Below, piece after piece: positions 28,008-39,582 of a DNA stretch of 64,000 bases. Numbering within the stretch: the stretch's first letter is position 1; every line of letters starts with the position of its first letter. The notes under the pieces were generated by a model. The model did no database searches. It worked only from the letters and a program-made list of their open reading frames with translations, and was not told the DNA's origin. Both the position numbers and the translations under genes were made by a program. The stretch comes from an uncultured Candidatus Saccharibacteria bacterium (GTDB lineage: Bacteria; Patescibacteriota; Saccharimonadia; Saccharimonadales; UBA4665), in the NCBI GenBank assembly GCA_963743435.1, contig CAVUPG010000004.1, positions 176,238 through 240,237 on the forward strand, given 5' to 3'.

Positions 28008-28472
28008 TTATGGGTTTTGCGTGCCGAGTACCACGTAGTCAAACGCGTATGTTTGTCCGGCCTGCACCGTGTCATTCGAGACGATATCAAAGCCTGAGGC
28101 TGTCTTGACGACGTAGATGCGTAAGTTAGCGGCCTGGTCGTTCGATGCACTAGCGACGACCTTGTACGAGCTACCGTAGGCGTCTACAAAGCTAATGTGC
28201 GCGAGTACACCGCTCGCAACATTCTGCGCCCCAGCTGTTACCGTGACCGTGCCTGCTGCGTCAGTACCGTCATTGCTGATAGCAGGAGCGTTTGTACTCG
28301 TGCCCAGAACGCCCTGCCCCAGCGCGTCACCAGTGCTCACGGTCGGCGCTGCACCCTTAGTGACGATGTGGCCATTGACATAGATATCGCCTGTCTCGAG
28401 AGTGCCGGCTACCGTGACATTACCGCTCACACTCAAATTGCCGTTCACGATATTGATTGGCAAAGCTCGCAT
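28008..28472 (-). CDS. C-terminal domain of fibre C (fragment)
   Basis: 154-aa ORF ending the frame-broken fibre C. This C-terminus (…TYAFDYVVLGTQNP*) differs from that of fibres A and D. Confidence 0.6.
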   Translation of the reverse strand: MRALPINIVNGNLSVSGNVTVAGTLETGDIYVNGHIVTKGAAPTVSTGDALGQGVLGTSTNAPAISNDGTDAAGTVTVTAGAQNVASGVLAHISFVDAYGSSYKVVASASNDQAANLRIYVVKTASGFDIVSNDTVQAGQTYAFDYVVLGTQNP

Positions 28473-29715
28473 TGCCAGTCACATTGAGGTTGCTGATGCT
28501 AGGCTGTGCCGCTAATAGTGAGGTCAGTGCCCATGATTTGGTTTGCCACGCTCAGGTTCTGAGTCTGTAAGGTGTTGGTGTTATTTTTCTGGTCGTAGAA
28601 GCTGAAGAGTACTGATACCTTGGCTACCTTGACGCCGTTTGCGTCGTGGTCACCGTGCTCCAGTCGACTGGTGCGGCTGCCTTAGCGAACACATGGCTGA
28701 CAGCGAATGTGCCTGGGTCACGCTGTGCGTACCCACTAAGACTGCTTGAGATGAGCGGCTCACCAATCTTGACATTGCCCGTGCCATTGTCAGCGATCCA
28801 GACGTCGCCGTTACCAGCTGCAGCGACGAGCTACGGGTTGTCCAGCGAGTATGGTTGCGCGTTTCGCTCAGGCCATTGAATGAACCAAGTACATTCGTGT
28901 CGTTTTCTGTGGCAGTCTGCACAATGCCATAGATAGGCTCGTTGCTGCCGGCCTTGTAGGCATTATCTCCGGTCAGCGATACAAGTTTGCCAGCGGCTAG
29001 ATGGGCCAATCAATCTTCGCATAGTGCGAGCCGGTAAAAGCATTGTAACTGACCGTACCCGAGGCAACACTAATTGTACCGATCGTCGTGTTGTCTCGCC
29101 TGAACGCAGAGCCAGACCGTCGTCCGTAGACCGATCGATACGTGTAGAGGGTTCGAGGCGTGCTCGGACAACAGAGTGGTCGAACTTAGCCGACGGCGCC
29201 ATTTGGCCGATGGAGACGCGGTTACTGCTATTGATAGACGATCGCAGATTAGAAGTCCCGCCAACGCCAAACTAGAGCTCGCATTTGCATTAGTGTTCAC
29301 ATTATTGATATATGTCTGGTTTGGCCGGTTGAACTTTAGTCAGCCCCTGAAATCTGCGTGTAGCAGTTGTCGCTACCGGAACAAGTTGCGTCACGGCGTT
29401 CCCGATCTGCAGCATCCGTTCGTGGTGTCAACAGTCAGGACAGCAAGGCCACTGGCATTTTGCACAAGGAGCGAGCTCGTGACTGTTAGCAGTTGGAGCG
29501 AGCGTGAGCCTCCATTTGCCAGTGTCGCTGAGTCGGCCCCTGCCTGCAGCGGCGGTAGTTGAACTTGGTGCGTTGACCCAATCGTCACCGTATCTGCAGC
29601 TGTCGCATTCGTGGCGATATTGATCGAATTTGCGGCACTATTTCCACTCCACCAATGTTAATTGTGCTGTCAAGCGCTGTGTTACCGAGATTCACATTGC
29701 CATTACTATTGATGT
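28473..29715 (-). pseudogene. fibre C segment shattered into at least 5 frame pieces
   Basis: Short minus-strand ORFs 28650..29009, 28963..29202, 29070..29300 and 29391..29588 carry fibre-type sequence (e.g. LLVQNASGLAVLTVDTTNG) in alternating frames. Confidence 0.55.
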
Positions 29716-32700
29716 CTACCAGTGACTGGCCCCCGACACTACTTGCCAGATACATTGGGTAATTATTCGTGCCACCCGTGATATTTTGTGCGTAGTAGCC
29801 ATACAGATTTGTTGCGAGCCGTTCGCAAGTGGGCGTGCCATGAAGTCGTAGGCGTTTGTCACCGTCGATGCAAAGTCGAACTGGCCCATGACACCGACGG
29901 CGTTCTGGATAGAACCGGATCCACTTGCGGTGCCAACCTTGCCGATAGTGCCGACCACGTATCCAGTGTTTGACGTGTTGGATGCGCCACTCCAGTTGAC
30001 CTGGTTAACACTGCCGAAAACATCCCCGGTGAACGTTGTGCCCGTAGCACCAGGGGAAGCGAGAAGCAGATTCCCAAAATGGCCCCCTGCGCTTGAGCCA
30101 CCCGGGTTAAAGGTGGTGCTCAAGGTGTTGCCTGGCTGTAGACCCCCACCATTGTTCTGGTTTGTCTGCAGCGAGAACCCTGCTCCGCCATTAGTACCTG
30201 TAGCCTGAATCGAAACGTTCGTATTGTTTGCGGTAATGCTACTAGCCCCACCACGGATGACTGTGCTCGAACCGGAATGGGTAGAACCTATTGTGACGGT
30301 ATCGGCAGCCGTCGCATTAGTGGCGATATTGATGGTGTTGGCTGCGCTATTAGAGACACCCCCGATATCTATCGTAGTAGCGACTGTCGTATCACCAATC
30401 TTAATGCCTCCCGAACCAGAGTTGATCACAACACTTGTCGCACCTGTCGTGTTACCTATGGTAATCGTCTTGGCGTTTGCACCGGTACCGATATTCAGCG
30501 CTCCCGTTGTACCAGAGTCGACAAGGAGTGCCGTGGCCGTGGCTGATTGGAATACGGGTGCGGTAAAGCTCGTCGTCGCACGGCCATCACCGCTTATCCA
30601 GAAATTCGATGTACTCTGCGCGCTACTATTTTGGTTTCGTATGTAGCTTGTATCTGCTGTTGTCGTAGTTAGCAGCGTCCCGCTCACATTCGGCAGTGTC
30701 CACGTACGGTTAGCCGTTAGGTCAGCGTTGGTGATGGTGCCAGTGAAGCGACCTGCTCCACCTGCCGTGACTGCAACGGCGATGAGGTCGTCCGTGGCGG
30801 TCGAGGTGTCTACCGTGAGCGTACGGATGGTTGCACCACCCTGGAAGCTCGAAGCTGTGGTGGTGGTTGCACCACGACCAGTGACCGTAGCAAGGGTGTC
30901 GGCTTCGGCACTGAGACCACAACTACCCCATTGGATGCTGGTTGTGGTGCTGGTGAGACATTGACCGTTGGTACCACGAGCCAGACGAGTACTGTTGGTA
31001 CCGTTGTTGTAGAGGAGGTCACCATTGGTCGTGAGCTGAGAGAGGTTGTTGATGGCGCTTTGGCTGGTGGTGGCACCAGTGCCACCATTGGCTATGGGCA
31101 CTGCTGGTGGTGCCGGGACGCCACCAGCGGTGTTGGTGACGATGCCAGCGGTACTCAGGCCAGTTATAGTCACCGTCTTCCCCGCTGCCACAACCGTATT
31201 TTGGTTGAGGTTGATGCTGGTGGCATTGGTGGTGCCGATGTTGAGGGCGGCGGCAGACGCAGTGTCGACCAAAGACGCTAAGAGATTTGTTGTTCGAGTC
31301 GTACCTGACACGTCGAGATCGTATTGAGGGTTAACGGTACCGATGCCGACCTTGCCGGCCCCGCTCAACTGCAGCCCTGCGTAGTTGATGTAGTAGTGTC
31401 GACCACTAGCTGTAAACCCGACACTTGAAGAGACAGTAATGTGGGTAGCGCCAGTGTACCCGGTTATTGTACCGACGTATGGCGCAGTTGAGGTCGATGC
31501 TGAATCGATGTAGATAGTGTTGCCTACCATACCAGCGCTAAAGCTTGTCCCCGTACCTACGATAGCGCCAGAAGCGTTTGTGGTCGCGACGGTACCAGCA
31601 CTGGTGCGGTAGGCCTCTGCAGATAGTTGGTTCAACGGGGCACCCGTGCCGATACCAACTTTTACGGAGTCTACGCCCTGACCACCAAGCGCGATAGTAT
31701 TCGACTGGAAGACCTGTGCGTAGGCACCGATGGCGGTGGTGTTTTGCAGATTATTTACGGACTCGAAGTACGAGCCAGAGTCCCAGCCGCCTGCAGCATA
31801 ACCGATGGCAGTGTTGTGGCTACCCGTCGTGTTGTTGAACCCAGAGTAGGCACCAAAGCCCGCGTTACCGCTACCTGTAGTATTTGAGTAAAGTGCCTCT
31901 TCGCCAAACCCTGCATTTTCGTCACCGCTTACATTGCCCTGCAAAGCCCAGCTACCTGTGGCCACGTTGTAATAACCGGTTGAGTTTTGAGAGAGCGATT
32001 GAGAACCAACAGCAATGTTCCAGCCTCCGCTCGTGTTATTGAGGAGCGCAATCTCGCCAATCGCAACGTTTTGCGAACCGGTCGTGTTGTGAAGCAGTGT
32101 CGATGGCCCAACTGCCGTGTTACGATTACCGGTTGTAACGCTCTGGAGAGCGTTAAGTCCGATACCGACGTTGTCGTAGCTACTGCTCTGAGCATTTTGG
32201 AGTGCGCCCGTACCAAAGCCCAAGTTGCCGTTGTACGCGCGTATCTCGGCACCCGTCGCACCAGTGCTGTCTTTGATTACGATTGGGGCAGAAGCAATAC
32301 TTGAGACGGGCTTGATACTCAGAATGGTGATTGAGCCTGTCTGTGCGCTATCCACACCGACCGCAAAGCTTGCCGTCGTAGTCGCGGTTAATAACTGGCT
32401 CTTTGACGTGGTGTTGCCGAAGATATAGATACCTGTCGCTCCGCCCAGTTTTGGCCAGAATGCGTATCCACTTGTCGTACCTGTCGTCGTGTATTTGACC
32501 TCATATGTCGTACCGGCAGTGATGCTTGGGCTTGTACAAGTAAGCACTGTATTGGAGCCGGCTGTGTGCGTCCATACATTGGTGCCGGTATCTGTCCAGT
32601 TAGTACCAGTACAGGTGTTGTTATCAGCTCCGAAGACATCCGATCCCACCGTGGCATTATCGTACTTATTCTGGAAGCTGGTCTGCTGGGTAGAAGCATC

Positions 32701-32880
32701 GACGTTGAAAAACGTCGTCCCACCTGTCGTCGCAACACTCAGTGCATTTGCGTAGTCACTCGTAATCTTGATGCCTCGATTTGAGGTATCGATAGTGAGA
32801 ATATCTGCAGTACCTGCAGCATTCTGTATCTTGAGAGCGGTAGTTGAGTCAGCTAATGGACGAATCGTTGGCGTATACAC
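29716..32880 (-). CDS. fibre C fragment (1054 aa): stalk and tail-fibre-like modules
   Basis: Begins mid-motif ([19 protein letters not shown], internal in fibre A). Contains ...[32 protein letters not shown]... and Gly/Thr/Ser/Asn-rich repeats. Confidence 0.75.
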   Translation of the reverse strand: MYTPTIRPLADSTTALKIQNAAGTADILTIDTSNRGIKITSDYANALSVATTGGTTFFNVDASTQQTSFQNKYDNATVGSDVFGADNNTCTGTNWTDTGTNVWTHTAGSNTVLTCTSPSITAGTTYEVKYTTTGTTSGYAFWPKLGGATGIYIFGNTTSKSQLLTATTTASFAVGVDSAQTGSITILSIKPVSSIASAPIVIKDSTGATGAEIRAYNGNLGFGTGALQNAQSSSYDNVGIGLNALQSVTTGNRNTAVGPSTLLHNTTGSQNVAIGEIALLNNTSGGWNIAVGSQSLSQNSTGYYNVATGSWALQGNVSGDENAGFGEEALYSNTTGSGNAGFGAYSGFNNTTGSHNTAIGYAAGGWDSGSYFESVNNLQNTTAIGAYAQVFQSNTIALGGQGVDSVKVGIGTGAPLNQLSAEAYRTSAGTVATTNASGAIVGTGTSFSAGMVGNTIYIDSASTSTAPYVGTITGYTGATHITVSSSVGFTASGRHYYINYAGLQLSGAGKVGIGTVNPQYDLDVSGTTRTTNLLASLVDTASAAALNIGTTNATSINLNQNTVVAAGKTVTITGLSTAGIVTNTAGGVPAPPAVPIANGGTGATTSQSAINNLSQLTTNGDLLYNNGTNSTRLARGTNGQCLTSTTTSIQWGSCGLSAEADTLATVTGRGATTTTASSFQGGATIRTLTVDTSTATDDLIAVAVTAGGAGRFTGTITNADLTANRTWTLPNVSGTLLTTTTADTSYIRNQNSSAQSTSNFWISGDGRATTSFTAPVFQSATATALLVDSGTTGALNIGTGANAKTITIGNTTGATSVVINSGSGGIKIGDTTVATTIDIGGVSNSAANTINIATNATAADTVTIGSTHSGSSTVIRGGASSITANNTNVSIQATGTNGGAGFSLQTNQNNGGGLQPGNTLSTTFNPGGSSAGGHFGNLLLASPGATGTTFTGDVFGSVNQVNWSGASNTSNTGYVVGTIGKVGTASGSGSIQNAVGVMGQFDFASTVTNAYDFMARPLANGSQQICMATTHKISRVARIITQCIWQVVSGASHW
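30677..31249 (-). repeat. about 0.57-kb intragenic repeat, copy 1 (ANGGTGATT / [18 protein letters not shown] module)
   Basis: Near-identical by eye to 35170-35742 and 37373-37870. The ORF track shows nearly identical spurious antisense ORFs at all three sites. Confidence 0.85.
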
Positions 32881-33176
32881 TGCCGTGCCGAAATAACCAT
32901 TGCGCCAGGTGATGGCAGCGCTACCAAGATCGTCGGTGTTGGTGGTGTCAGATATGAGGCTGGTGTTGATAGCGACGCTCGCGAGGTTGTGAAAGCGGTA
33001 TTAGCACCACCCGCACCACCACAGGTCGTCCAGCCGAGCACGCCTGTACCGGTGGTGTCGTAGAGACACTGGCCTGAGCTACCAAGACCGGTCGGGAGGG
33101 TGAGATTGTAGCTAGCGCTCGTGGCGCCAGACTGGATACCGACGGTGTTTACGTTGGAAGCAATTATTGAAGACAA
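32853..33176 (-). CDS. fibre C fragment (stalk unit [14 protein letters not shown]...[10 protein letters not shown])
   Basis: 107-aa ORF. It is continuous in sequence logic with 33112..33696 upstream and 29716..32880 downstream, but in another frame. Confidence 0.6.
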   Translation of the reverse strand: MSSIIASNVNTVGIQSGATSASYNLTLPTGLGSSGQCLYDTTGTGVLGWTTCGGAGGANTAFTTSRASLSTPASYLTPPTPTILVALPSPGAMVISARQCIRQRFVH

Positions 33177-33696
33177 TCTTGCCGTTGACTGGATTGGTGC
33201 CGCCGTTGTAGTTGCCGAGCTCTATTTGGCCTGAGGTGGTATTGGCATTGAAGACGTTTACACCATTGCCGTTTTGGATGGATACTGCTGCAGATGAAGC
33301 GGCTTGTTTGAAGCGGATGTCGGTGCCACCGGCGGTCATAGCCTGACCGGCATAGATAGTGTTAGTGCCGGCGTCACTGATGCTTGTCGCCCCCGTACCA
33401 GAGAAGGTGTTGCCGGAGAGGTATGTGCCGCTCGTACCAGTCGCATTTACCTGGATGGCGTAGCCTGTACCGGCTGTATCTGTGATGGTGTTACCGTGCA
33501 CTACAACATTGGCGGCGTATTGGTCGATGAGGATAGAGCTGGACGCTCCAGTGCCACCGTTGTTGTACAGGGTGTTATCACTAACGTTGGTGTCGTCAGA
33601 ATGGTAGGCCGATGAGCCGTTAACCCGGATACCCTCTGCGGTGTTGCTGCTGGCGGTGTTGCTGGTGATGAGCGCACGGTAGCGAGCCGTAGACAT
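33112..33696 (-). CDS. fibre C fragment (end of beta-helix domain 2 + stalk unit)
   Basis: Contains NTITDTAGTGYAIQVNATGTSGTYLSGNTFSGTGATSISDAGTNTIYAGQAMTAGGTDIRFKQ, paralogous to fibre D at about 52450-52700. Confidence 0.65.
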   Translation of the reverse strand: MSTARYRALITSNTASSNTAEGIRVNGSSAYHSDDTNVSDNTLYNNGGTGASSSILIDQYAANVVVHGNTITDTAGTGYAIQVNATGTSGTYLSGNTFSGTGATSISDAGTNTIYAGQAMTAGGTDIRFKQAASSAAVSIQNGNGVNVFNANTTSGQIELGNYNGGTNPVNGKIVFNNCFQRKHRRYPVWRHER

Positions 33697-33776
33697 AGAA
33701 GCCTTACCCGGTGTTCGAGACGGCCTTGTTACCAGTCACGACCACATCGTCCGCGTAGGCGATGTCGAAGCCACCA

Positions 33777-34304
33777 CTACCGTTGCCCGTCGCGGTGTTG
33801 CCTGTGACGCGCATGCCGACATCGGAGTCGATGTAGAAACCGTAGCTGTAGGCGTTGTTGCTGCGATGTTGTCAGACACGACATTGCGAGCGCCGTTAAT
33901 GTAGAAACCGGTGCCGCCAGTGTTGGTAGCAGTGTTATCACTGACAACATTGTCGGTACCGAATATCTCCATACCATCACCACCTGCAAGGTTGCTGATA
34001 GTGTTACCTGTAATTGTGTTAAAGGAGAGCCGGAATAGAGATTAATACCGCCACCGCCTGAGTTAATGATGGTGTTGCCTGCAATGTAGTTGTGATCTCC
34101 GGCAGTAATGTCGATCGAATCATATGGAATACGTGTAATTTGCAGGCGAGTCACAGAAGCGCCCGCACGAGAGGCAGATTCGCTGCCCATGTTGGTCAAG
34201 TTAATACCCGTGCCCGTAGCACTGTTGCGATCAGTTCGCCCATCGAGTTTAAGGTCACGAATCGTAACACCTGTTCCAGTGGTCTGATCGGTGTTCACAA
34301 TCAT
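33777..34304 (-). CDS. fibre C fragment (beta-helix domain 2, N-terminal turns)
   Basis: Contains TIRDLKLDGRTDRNSATGTGINLTNMGSESASRAGASVTRLQITR, paralogous to fibre D at about 53250-53420. The reading frame decays towards the 3' end. Confidence 0.6.
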   Translation of the reverse strand: MIVNTDQTTGTGVTIRDLKLDGRTDRNSATGTGINLTNMGSESASRAGASVTRLQITRIPYDSIDITAGDHNYIAGNTIINSGGGGINLYSGSPLTQLQVTLSATLQVVMVWRYSVPTMLSVITLLPTLAAPVSTLTALAMSCLTTSQQQRLQLRFLHRLRCRHARHRQHRDGQR

Positions 34305-34903
34305 GGTAATCCCCGTGCCATGGTGCCGAAGTTACCGAGCTGGATGATGGTACTGTTACCGCTACCAGCGAGTGTGACGTTGTTCGGGATGGAGATGCTG
34401 CCGTCTATGGTGTAGGTGCCTTCGGTGAGGTAGACGGTGCCACCACCAGCTGCAGCGGCAGCAGTTAGGGCATTGTTTATTTCTATTTGGTCACCGTCGA
34501 GGGTACCGATGCCACTGCCAGAGCTGTCTTCGCCATTGGCGACGTACTGCGCACCATCCTTGGCTGCTTGTGAGCTGTTGCTGGCGGCGACGATGAAGGT
34601 AGCAGCTTTGCTATCGCTCTGCCATTTGCCATTGCTGTAGGTGAGGAGTTGTTTGGTGGTGGTGTCGAAGTACATAGTACCCTCAGATGGTGAGCCTGGA
34701 CGGTTGGCGGTGGGAGCCCCAACAAAGCGGATTGTCTGCGCGGCAGCTACCGTCGCACCGGCGTTAATGTTAACTGAGTCATTCAGGTTTATTGATCCCG
34801 CGCCATCCAGCACGATATTGCCGGAAGTGGTTGTGGTGAGGTTGAGATCCCCGTTAGTGACATTGAGGGCAGCACTGAGGTTAGTGCTAGAGATGTTGCT
34901 CAA
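34301..34903 (-). CDS. fibre C fragment (stalk module + start of beta-helix domain 2)
   Basis: Contains ...NRPGSPSEGTMYFDTTTKQLLTYSNGKWQSDSKAATFIVAAS...GGGTVYLTEGTYTIDGSISIPNNVTLAGSG, highly similar to fibre D. Confidence 0.7.
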   Translation of the reverse strand: MSNISSTNLSAALNVTNGDLNLTTTTSGNIVLDGAGSINLNDSVNINAGATVAAAQTIRFVGAPTANRPGSPSEGTMYFDTTTKQLLTYSNGKWQSDSKAATFIVAASNSSQAAKDGAQYVANGEDSSGSGIGTLDGDQIEINNALTAAAAAGGGTVYLTEGTYTIDGSISIPNNVTLAGSGNSTIIQLGNFGTMARGLP

Positions 34904-35001
34904 GCTCGTATTGGCCCCACCGGCCGCCGCACTACAACTACTCCAGATAGGTGCAGCACCGACGCCGTTGGAGACAAGACATGAGCCAGCAGCGACTGCT
35001 G

Positions 35002-38000
35002 TTAGTTTGCCGAGGGAGCTTGCCCCGTGGCGTATAGCAAGTCCCCAGTGGTGTAACTACTGAGACCAGTGCCTCCGTACGCCGCACCGATAGCCGTACC
35101 CTGCCAAGTACCACTCGTGATAGTGCCCGTGCAGGTAATGCTGTTGAGGTTACCAGTCGTGATGACTGTGCCGCTCACATTCGGCAATGTCCACGTACGG
35201 TTAGCTGTTAGATCAGCGTTGGTGATGGTGCCAGTAAATCTGCTAGCCCCGCCAGCAGCCACTGCAACGGCGATGAGGTCGTCCGTCGCGGTTGAGGTGT
35301 CTACCGTGAGAGTACGGATGGTTGCACCACCCTGGAAGCTCGAAGCTGTGGTGGTGGTTGCACCACGACCAGTGACCGTAGCAAGGGTGTCGGCTTCGGC
35401 ACTGAGACCACAACTACCCCATTGGATGCTGGTTGTGGTGCTGGTGAGACATTGACCGTTGGTACCACGAGCCAGACGAGTACTGTTGGTACCGTTGTTG
35501 TAGAGGAGGTCACCATTGGTCGTGAGCTGAGAGAGGTTGTTGATGGCGCCTTGGCTGGTGGTGGCACCAGTGCCACCATTGGCGACTGGGACACTGCTGG
35601 TGGTGCCGAGGACACCACCAGCGGTGTTGGTAACGATGCCAGCGGTGGAGAGGCCAGTTATAGTCACCGTCTTCCCCGCTGCCACAACCGTATTTTGGTT
35701 GAGGTTGATGCTGGTGGCGTTGGTGGTGCCGATGTTGAGGGCGACGGCAGAGTTTGTATCAATCGTCGGAGTTATAATGCTAGTACCGAAGTAACCGCTA
35801 CGCCACGACGTACCACTTGTACCGATGTCCAAGCTATTAGACGCGTTGGCTGTAAGCGTCTGGTTGACGCTAGTACTCGTCAGATTGGACAGGCTGGTGT
35901 TAGCCCCGCCAGGTCCACTTGTGGTTATACAGTCAGTCCACGCACCATTCTCATAGCAACGAAGCTTGTTCGTACTGGTGTTGTAGTACATCGCGCCGTT
36001 ATAACCGGCTGGATCAGAGCCGCCATTATAGCTGTCGAGTATGAGTAGTGTGGCATTCGCATCTGTTACGGCATTGCCCACTTGAACTATCTTGTTTGTG
36101 GTGTCCACAGTGAGCTGTCCTAAGCCGGATGTATTTTGCACAGCGAGAGCGACCGTGCTATTTAGCTTAGTTAACACACCGCCGCTGTTAGGATTGACGG
36201 TGAACACATCTGTTCCACCGTTTTGCACGGCGAAGCGGCCACCGCTGGCGCTACAAGTTGTACATTGGAGGTTGAAAACCATACTTGCGTCAGTGGTTGT
36301 ATCGGCAAATGTAAAGGCCACATCACGGCTATCGGTAGTCGTGATGGTATTGCCAGCAGTATAAGCATCGTTCAGGGTGACTGCACCACCACTACCTGAG
36401 CCATTATTACAGTTATAGAAACCGAGCTGCCCGGAGCCATTTGTTTTGAGACACTGCAGACTACTGCCGTCCGCTGTCGGGAACAAGAAGGTTAGGTTGC
36501 TGCTTGATGCACCGGCCTTCAGCGTAGTCGTGTAGCCACCACCACTTTGCAAGACTAAGCTTCCCTGCAAACTCGCCGTACCGACCGTCACACTAGCGCC
36601 CTGAACCGCAAGAGTGCTCGAGCCGTTAATTGTCACCGTGCTCCCATCGTCACTGATTGAGGAGTCTGTGATAGCCTGGGAAGCGCTAAATTTCGCGATA
36701 CGATTTGTCGTGCCGCCAGAGGTTGAAACACCCCCACCAGAGCCAACACAGTTGCCTACCGTCGTACAGATGGTGTAGCTGCCGGCCGCCACGGAGCGAT
36801 CAAAGTTGTAGCTGACGTTGCCCACAGGAGCCCCGCTAAACCCAATCGTCGTAGTACCACCTCCGCCATTAGCTGTGATGGTACTACCCCCAGTCCCTTG
36901 CAGAACGAAGACTTGCGAAGTTGAGCCGGCTGTCAGGGTACCGCTCGGCGTGATGGTGAGTGACGTATTGCTCTGCAACAGCGGCGTGTTGACGGAGGTT
37001 CCAAAGTAGCCAGCACGCCAGGTGGTAGAGCTGGTGCCAATGTCACGAGTATTGTTTGCGTCGGCGACGAGGTTTTGGTTGATACTTGTCGCGGTCAAGT
37101 TGCTAAGTGACGTATTCGCACCCCCCGCTGCCGCACTACAACTACTCCAGATAGGCGCAGCACCGACACCGTTCGAGACGAGACATGAGCCGGCTGCGAC
37201 AGCGGTGAGTTTACTGAGCGTGCTCGTCCCGCTGGCGTAGAGAAGATCTCCGGCAGTGTAACTGGTTAAGCCGGTACCACCGTATCCGACACCAATGGCT
37301 GTACCCTGCCAGGTACCACTCGTGATGGTACCAGTGCTGGTGATGCTGTTGAGGTTACCAGTCGTAATGACCGTCCCGCTCACATTCGGCAGTGTCCACG
37401 TACGGTTAGCCGTTAGGTCAGCGTTGGTGATGGTGCCAGTGAAGCGACCTGCTCCACCTGCCGTGACTGCAACGGCGATGAGGTCGTCTGTGGCGGTTGA
37501 GGTGTCTACCGTGAGCGTACGGATGGTTGCACCACCCTGGAAGCTCGAAGCTGTGGTGGTGGTTGCACCACGACCAGTGACCGTAGCAAGGGTGTCGGCT
37601 TCGGCACTGAGACCACAACTACCCCATTGGATGCTGGTTGTGGTGCTGGTGAGACATTGACCGTTGGTACCACGAGCCAGACGAGTACTGTTGGTACCGT
37701 TGTTGTAGAGGAGGTCACCATTGGTCGTGAGCTGAGAGAGGTTGTTGATGGCGCCTTGGCTGGTGGTGGCACCAGTGCCACCATTGGCGACTGGGACACT
37801 GCTGGTGGTGCCGAGGACACCACCAGCGGTGTTGGTAACGATGCCAGCGGTGGAGAGGCCAGAGAACGTGATGGTGCCGGAGCTAGTTATGGCAGTACCG
37901 CCGGAGATAGCACCTGCGCTGGTAATACCGCCATTGTTGTTGTTGAGGCCACCGGTGATTGACGCTCCTCCTGCAGAAACTGTCAGTGCGGCACTGCTGG

Positions 38001-39582
38001 TGACGCCGTTTTGGAAGGTCTTGAGACCACCAATGGTTTGAGCGGCACTCGTCAATACACCGCCATTGGTGCCGTTTGCTGCCGTCAGGTTCAGTGTGTT
38101 GCCAGTGATGGTTGCACCGTTGGCGTTGGCTGTGCCAGAGATGGCTCCGACGGTGGTGGCGCCACTCCCTGCTCCGTCAATGTTCGCTGGAGCCCAAGCC
38201 GTGCCGTTCCATATGTAGGCCTGACTCTTCGATATTGGAATCGTGACGCCATACATCGTGAAGCTATTGCTTCCACCGACATTATTTATATAGACAAGTC
38301 GCCCGCCAGTCGCAGTTGTCGGGGTCGGCAGCGTAAATGTCAAACCACCCGCAGTAGCGGTTATATTGAAAGTCGTATATACGTCTACCGTAGAAGCAGC
38401 CGCACCCACCGCCCCTGAACTACCAAGACTCAGTGGTTGTGCACTGAGTAATGTGTAGCCAGTGTTTGTTAGACCAGCGGTCGTGACGGTCGTAAAGTTC
38501 GGGGTGGCAGACACCGCAAGCGTCAGGCTGCCGCCAAGCGAAACCGTACCACCACCCGTAATGTTGCTGCCATTATTGATTGTGATGCTGCTGTTCACGA
38601 GATTAGCATTCGCTACGGTAGCGTTTGCGATATTACCGCCGGTAATAGTGGCGCTCGCGATTTGGGTTGTCGTTATCGTGGCGTTGGCAATGTTTGATGC
38701 AGTGATGGTCGTAGCCGCGATGTTGCTGCCCGTTACCGTCGAGGTAGCCAGGTCAGTACCTGTGACCGTGCCGTCGGATATTGACGTACTGTTGACTGCT
38801 CCAGTCGCTATCTTGCCATTTGTAATAGCACTATTCGCGATAGTGAATGTATTGGTGCTACCAGAGACACTATTTGTCAGATCACCTGCACTCGTGCCAT
38901 TCACCCAGTTGGTGCCGTTATAGACGAGCATTTGGTTCGTTGCAAGACCCGAGACGCTGACATTTGCGCCGCCGATACTACCGGCTGGGCATGTACCCCA
39001 GCTCGGCGCCGCAGCGGTCGTAGCGAGTAGACACTGACCGGTTGAGCCGGCTGCAGTCGAAGCAATCTTGCTGCCATCGTAGTAGTTCACCCCATTGGTC
39101 GTGTAGGTCGTGTTGTTGGTGCCACCATTAGCAATCGGCAGCGTGGCGACTGTGCCCAATACGCCCCCTGCGGTGTTAGTGACGATACCAGCCGTGCTGA
39201 GGCCCGATACCGAAATCGTGCCGGCGAGTGTCGTTGTCACACCCGTTTTGCCAATGGTGATAGCATTGGCGTTACTCGTCCCAATGGACAAAGCGCCGGC
39301 GCTCACTGTGTCAAAGGCTGGCCCATACACCGCCGTGCCAAAGTAGCCATTGCGCCAGGTGATACCCGAGCTACCGAGGTCATCAGTGTTGGTTGTGTCA
39401 GAGATGAGGCTGGTGTTAATAGCGACGCTGGCGAGGTTATCGAGGGCGTGTGGCTCCGCCACCACCACCGCCGCCACAGCTGGTGAAGCCGAGGACACCA
39501 GTGCCAGTCGTGTCGACGAGACAGTCGCCGGAGCTCCCGAGCCCAGTCGGAAGGGTGAGGTTGTAGCTGGTGCTAGTCGCAC
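35002..39582 (-). CDS. fibre C fragment (1526 aa): long Gly/Thr/Ser/Asn/Ala fibre with two copies of the tail-fibre-like module
   Basis: Largest intact piece. Its first ~45 codons are out-of-frame read-through. The 3' break sits at a G4 run (ACGGGGCAAGC, about 35010-35020), after which SSLGKLTAVAAGSCLVSNG... continues in another frame. Confidence 0.75.
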   Translation of the reverse strand: MRLAPATTSPFRLGSGAPATVSSTRLALVSSASPAVAAVVVAEPHALDNLASVAINTSLISDTTNTDDLGSSGITWRNGYFGTAVYGPAFDTVSAGALSIGTSNANAITIGKTGVTTTLAGTISVSGLSTAGIVTNTAGGVLGTVATLPIANGGTNNTTYTTNGVNYYDGSKIASTAAGSTGQCLLATTAAAPSWGTCPAGSIGGANVSVSGLATNQMLVYNGTNWVNGTSAGDLTNSVSGSTNTFTIANSAITNGKIATGAVNSTSISDGTVTGTDLATSTVTGSNIAATTITASNIANATITTTQIASATITGGNIANATVANANLVNSSITINNGSNITGGGTVSLGGSLTLAVSATPNFTTVTTAGLTNTGYTLLSAQPLSLGSSGAVGAAASTVDVYTTFNITATAGGLTFTLPTPTTATGGRLVYINNVGGSNSFTMYGVTIPISKSQAYIWNGTAWAPANIDGAGSGATTVGAISGTANANGATITGNTLNLTAANGTNGGVLTSAAQTIGGLKTFQNGVTSSAALTVSAGGASITGGLNNNNGGITSAGAISGGTAITSSGTITFSGLSTAGIVTNTAGGVLGTTSSVPVANGGTGATTSQGAINNLSQLTTNGDLLYNNGTNSTRLARGTNGQCLTSTTTSIQWGSCGLSAEADTLATVTGRGATTTTASSFQGGATIRTLTVDTSTATDDLIAVAVTAGGAGRFTGTITNADLTANRTWTLPNVSGTVITTGNLNSITSTGTITSGTWQGTAIGVGYGGTGLTSYTAGDLLYASGTSTLSKLTAVAAGSCLVSNGVGAAPIWSSCSAAAGGANTSLSNLTATSINQNLVADANNTRDIGTSSTTWRAGYFGTSVNTPLLQSNTSLTITPSGTLTAGSTSQVFVLQGTGGSTITANGGGGTTTIGFSGAPVGNVSYNFDRSVAAGSYTICTTVGNCVGSGGGVSTSGGTTNRIAKFSASQAITDSSISDDGSTVTINGSSTLAVQGASVTVGTASLQGSLVLQSGGGYTTTLKAGASSSNLTFLFPTADGSSLQCLKTNGSGQLGFYNCNNGSGSGGAVTLNDAYTAGNTITTTDSRDVAFTFADTTTDASMVFNLQCTTCSASGGRFAVQNGGTDVFTVNPNSGGVLTKLNSTVALAVQNTSGLGQLTVDTTNKIVQVGNAVTDANATLLILDSYNGGSDPAGYNGAMYYNTSTNKLRCYENGAWTDCITTSGPGGANTSLSNLTSTSVNQTLTANASNSLDIGTSGTSWRSGYFGTSIITPTIDTNSAVALNIGTTNATSINLNQNTVVAAGKTVTITGLSTAGIVTNTAGGVLGTTSSVPVANGGTGATTSQGAINNLSQLTTNGDLLYNNGTNSTRLARGTNGQCLTSTTTSIQWGSCGLSAEADTLATVTGRGATTTTASSFQGGATIRTLTVDTSTATDDLIAVAVAAGGASRFTGTITNADLTANRTWTLPNVSGTVITTGNLNSITCTGTITSGTWQGTAIGAAYGGTGLSSYTTGDLLYATGQAPSAN
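35170..35742 (-). repeat. about 0.57-kb intragenic repeat, copy 2
   Basis: See 30677-31249. Confidence 0.85.
37373..37870 (-). repeat. about 0.5-kb intragenic repeat, copy 3
   Basis: See 30677-31249. Homology ends at ...gatgccagcggtggagaggcc. Confidence 0.85.

Noticed and set aside
39455-39480. Phase variation or programmed frameshifting at the Gly-codon run (GGCGGCGGTGGTGGTGGCGGA) where fibre C changes frame.
   Set aside because: It is not a homopolymer or a simple slippery heptamer. Similar 1-nt breaks occur at many non-repetitive sites, including housekeeping genes. A consensus error or ordinary mutation is the simpler explanation.
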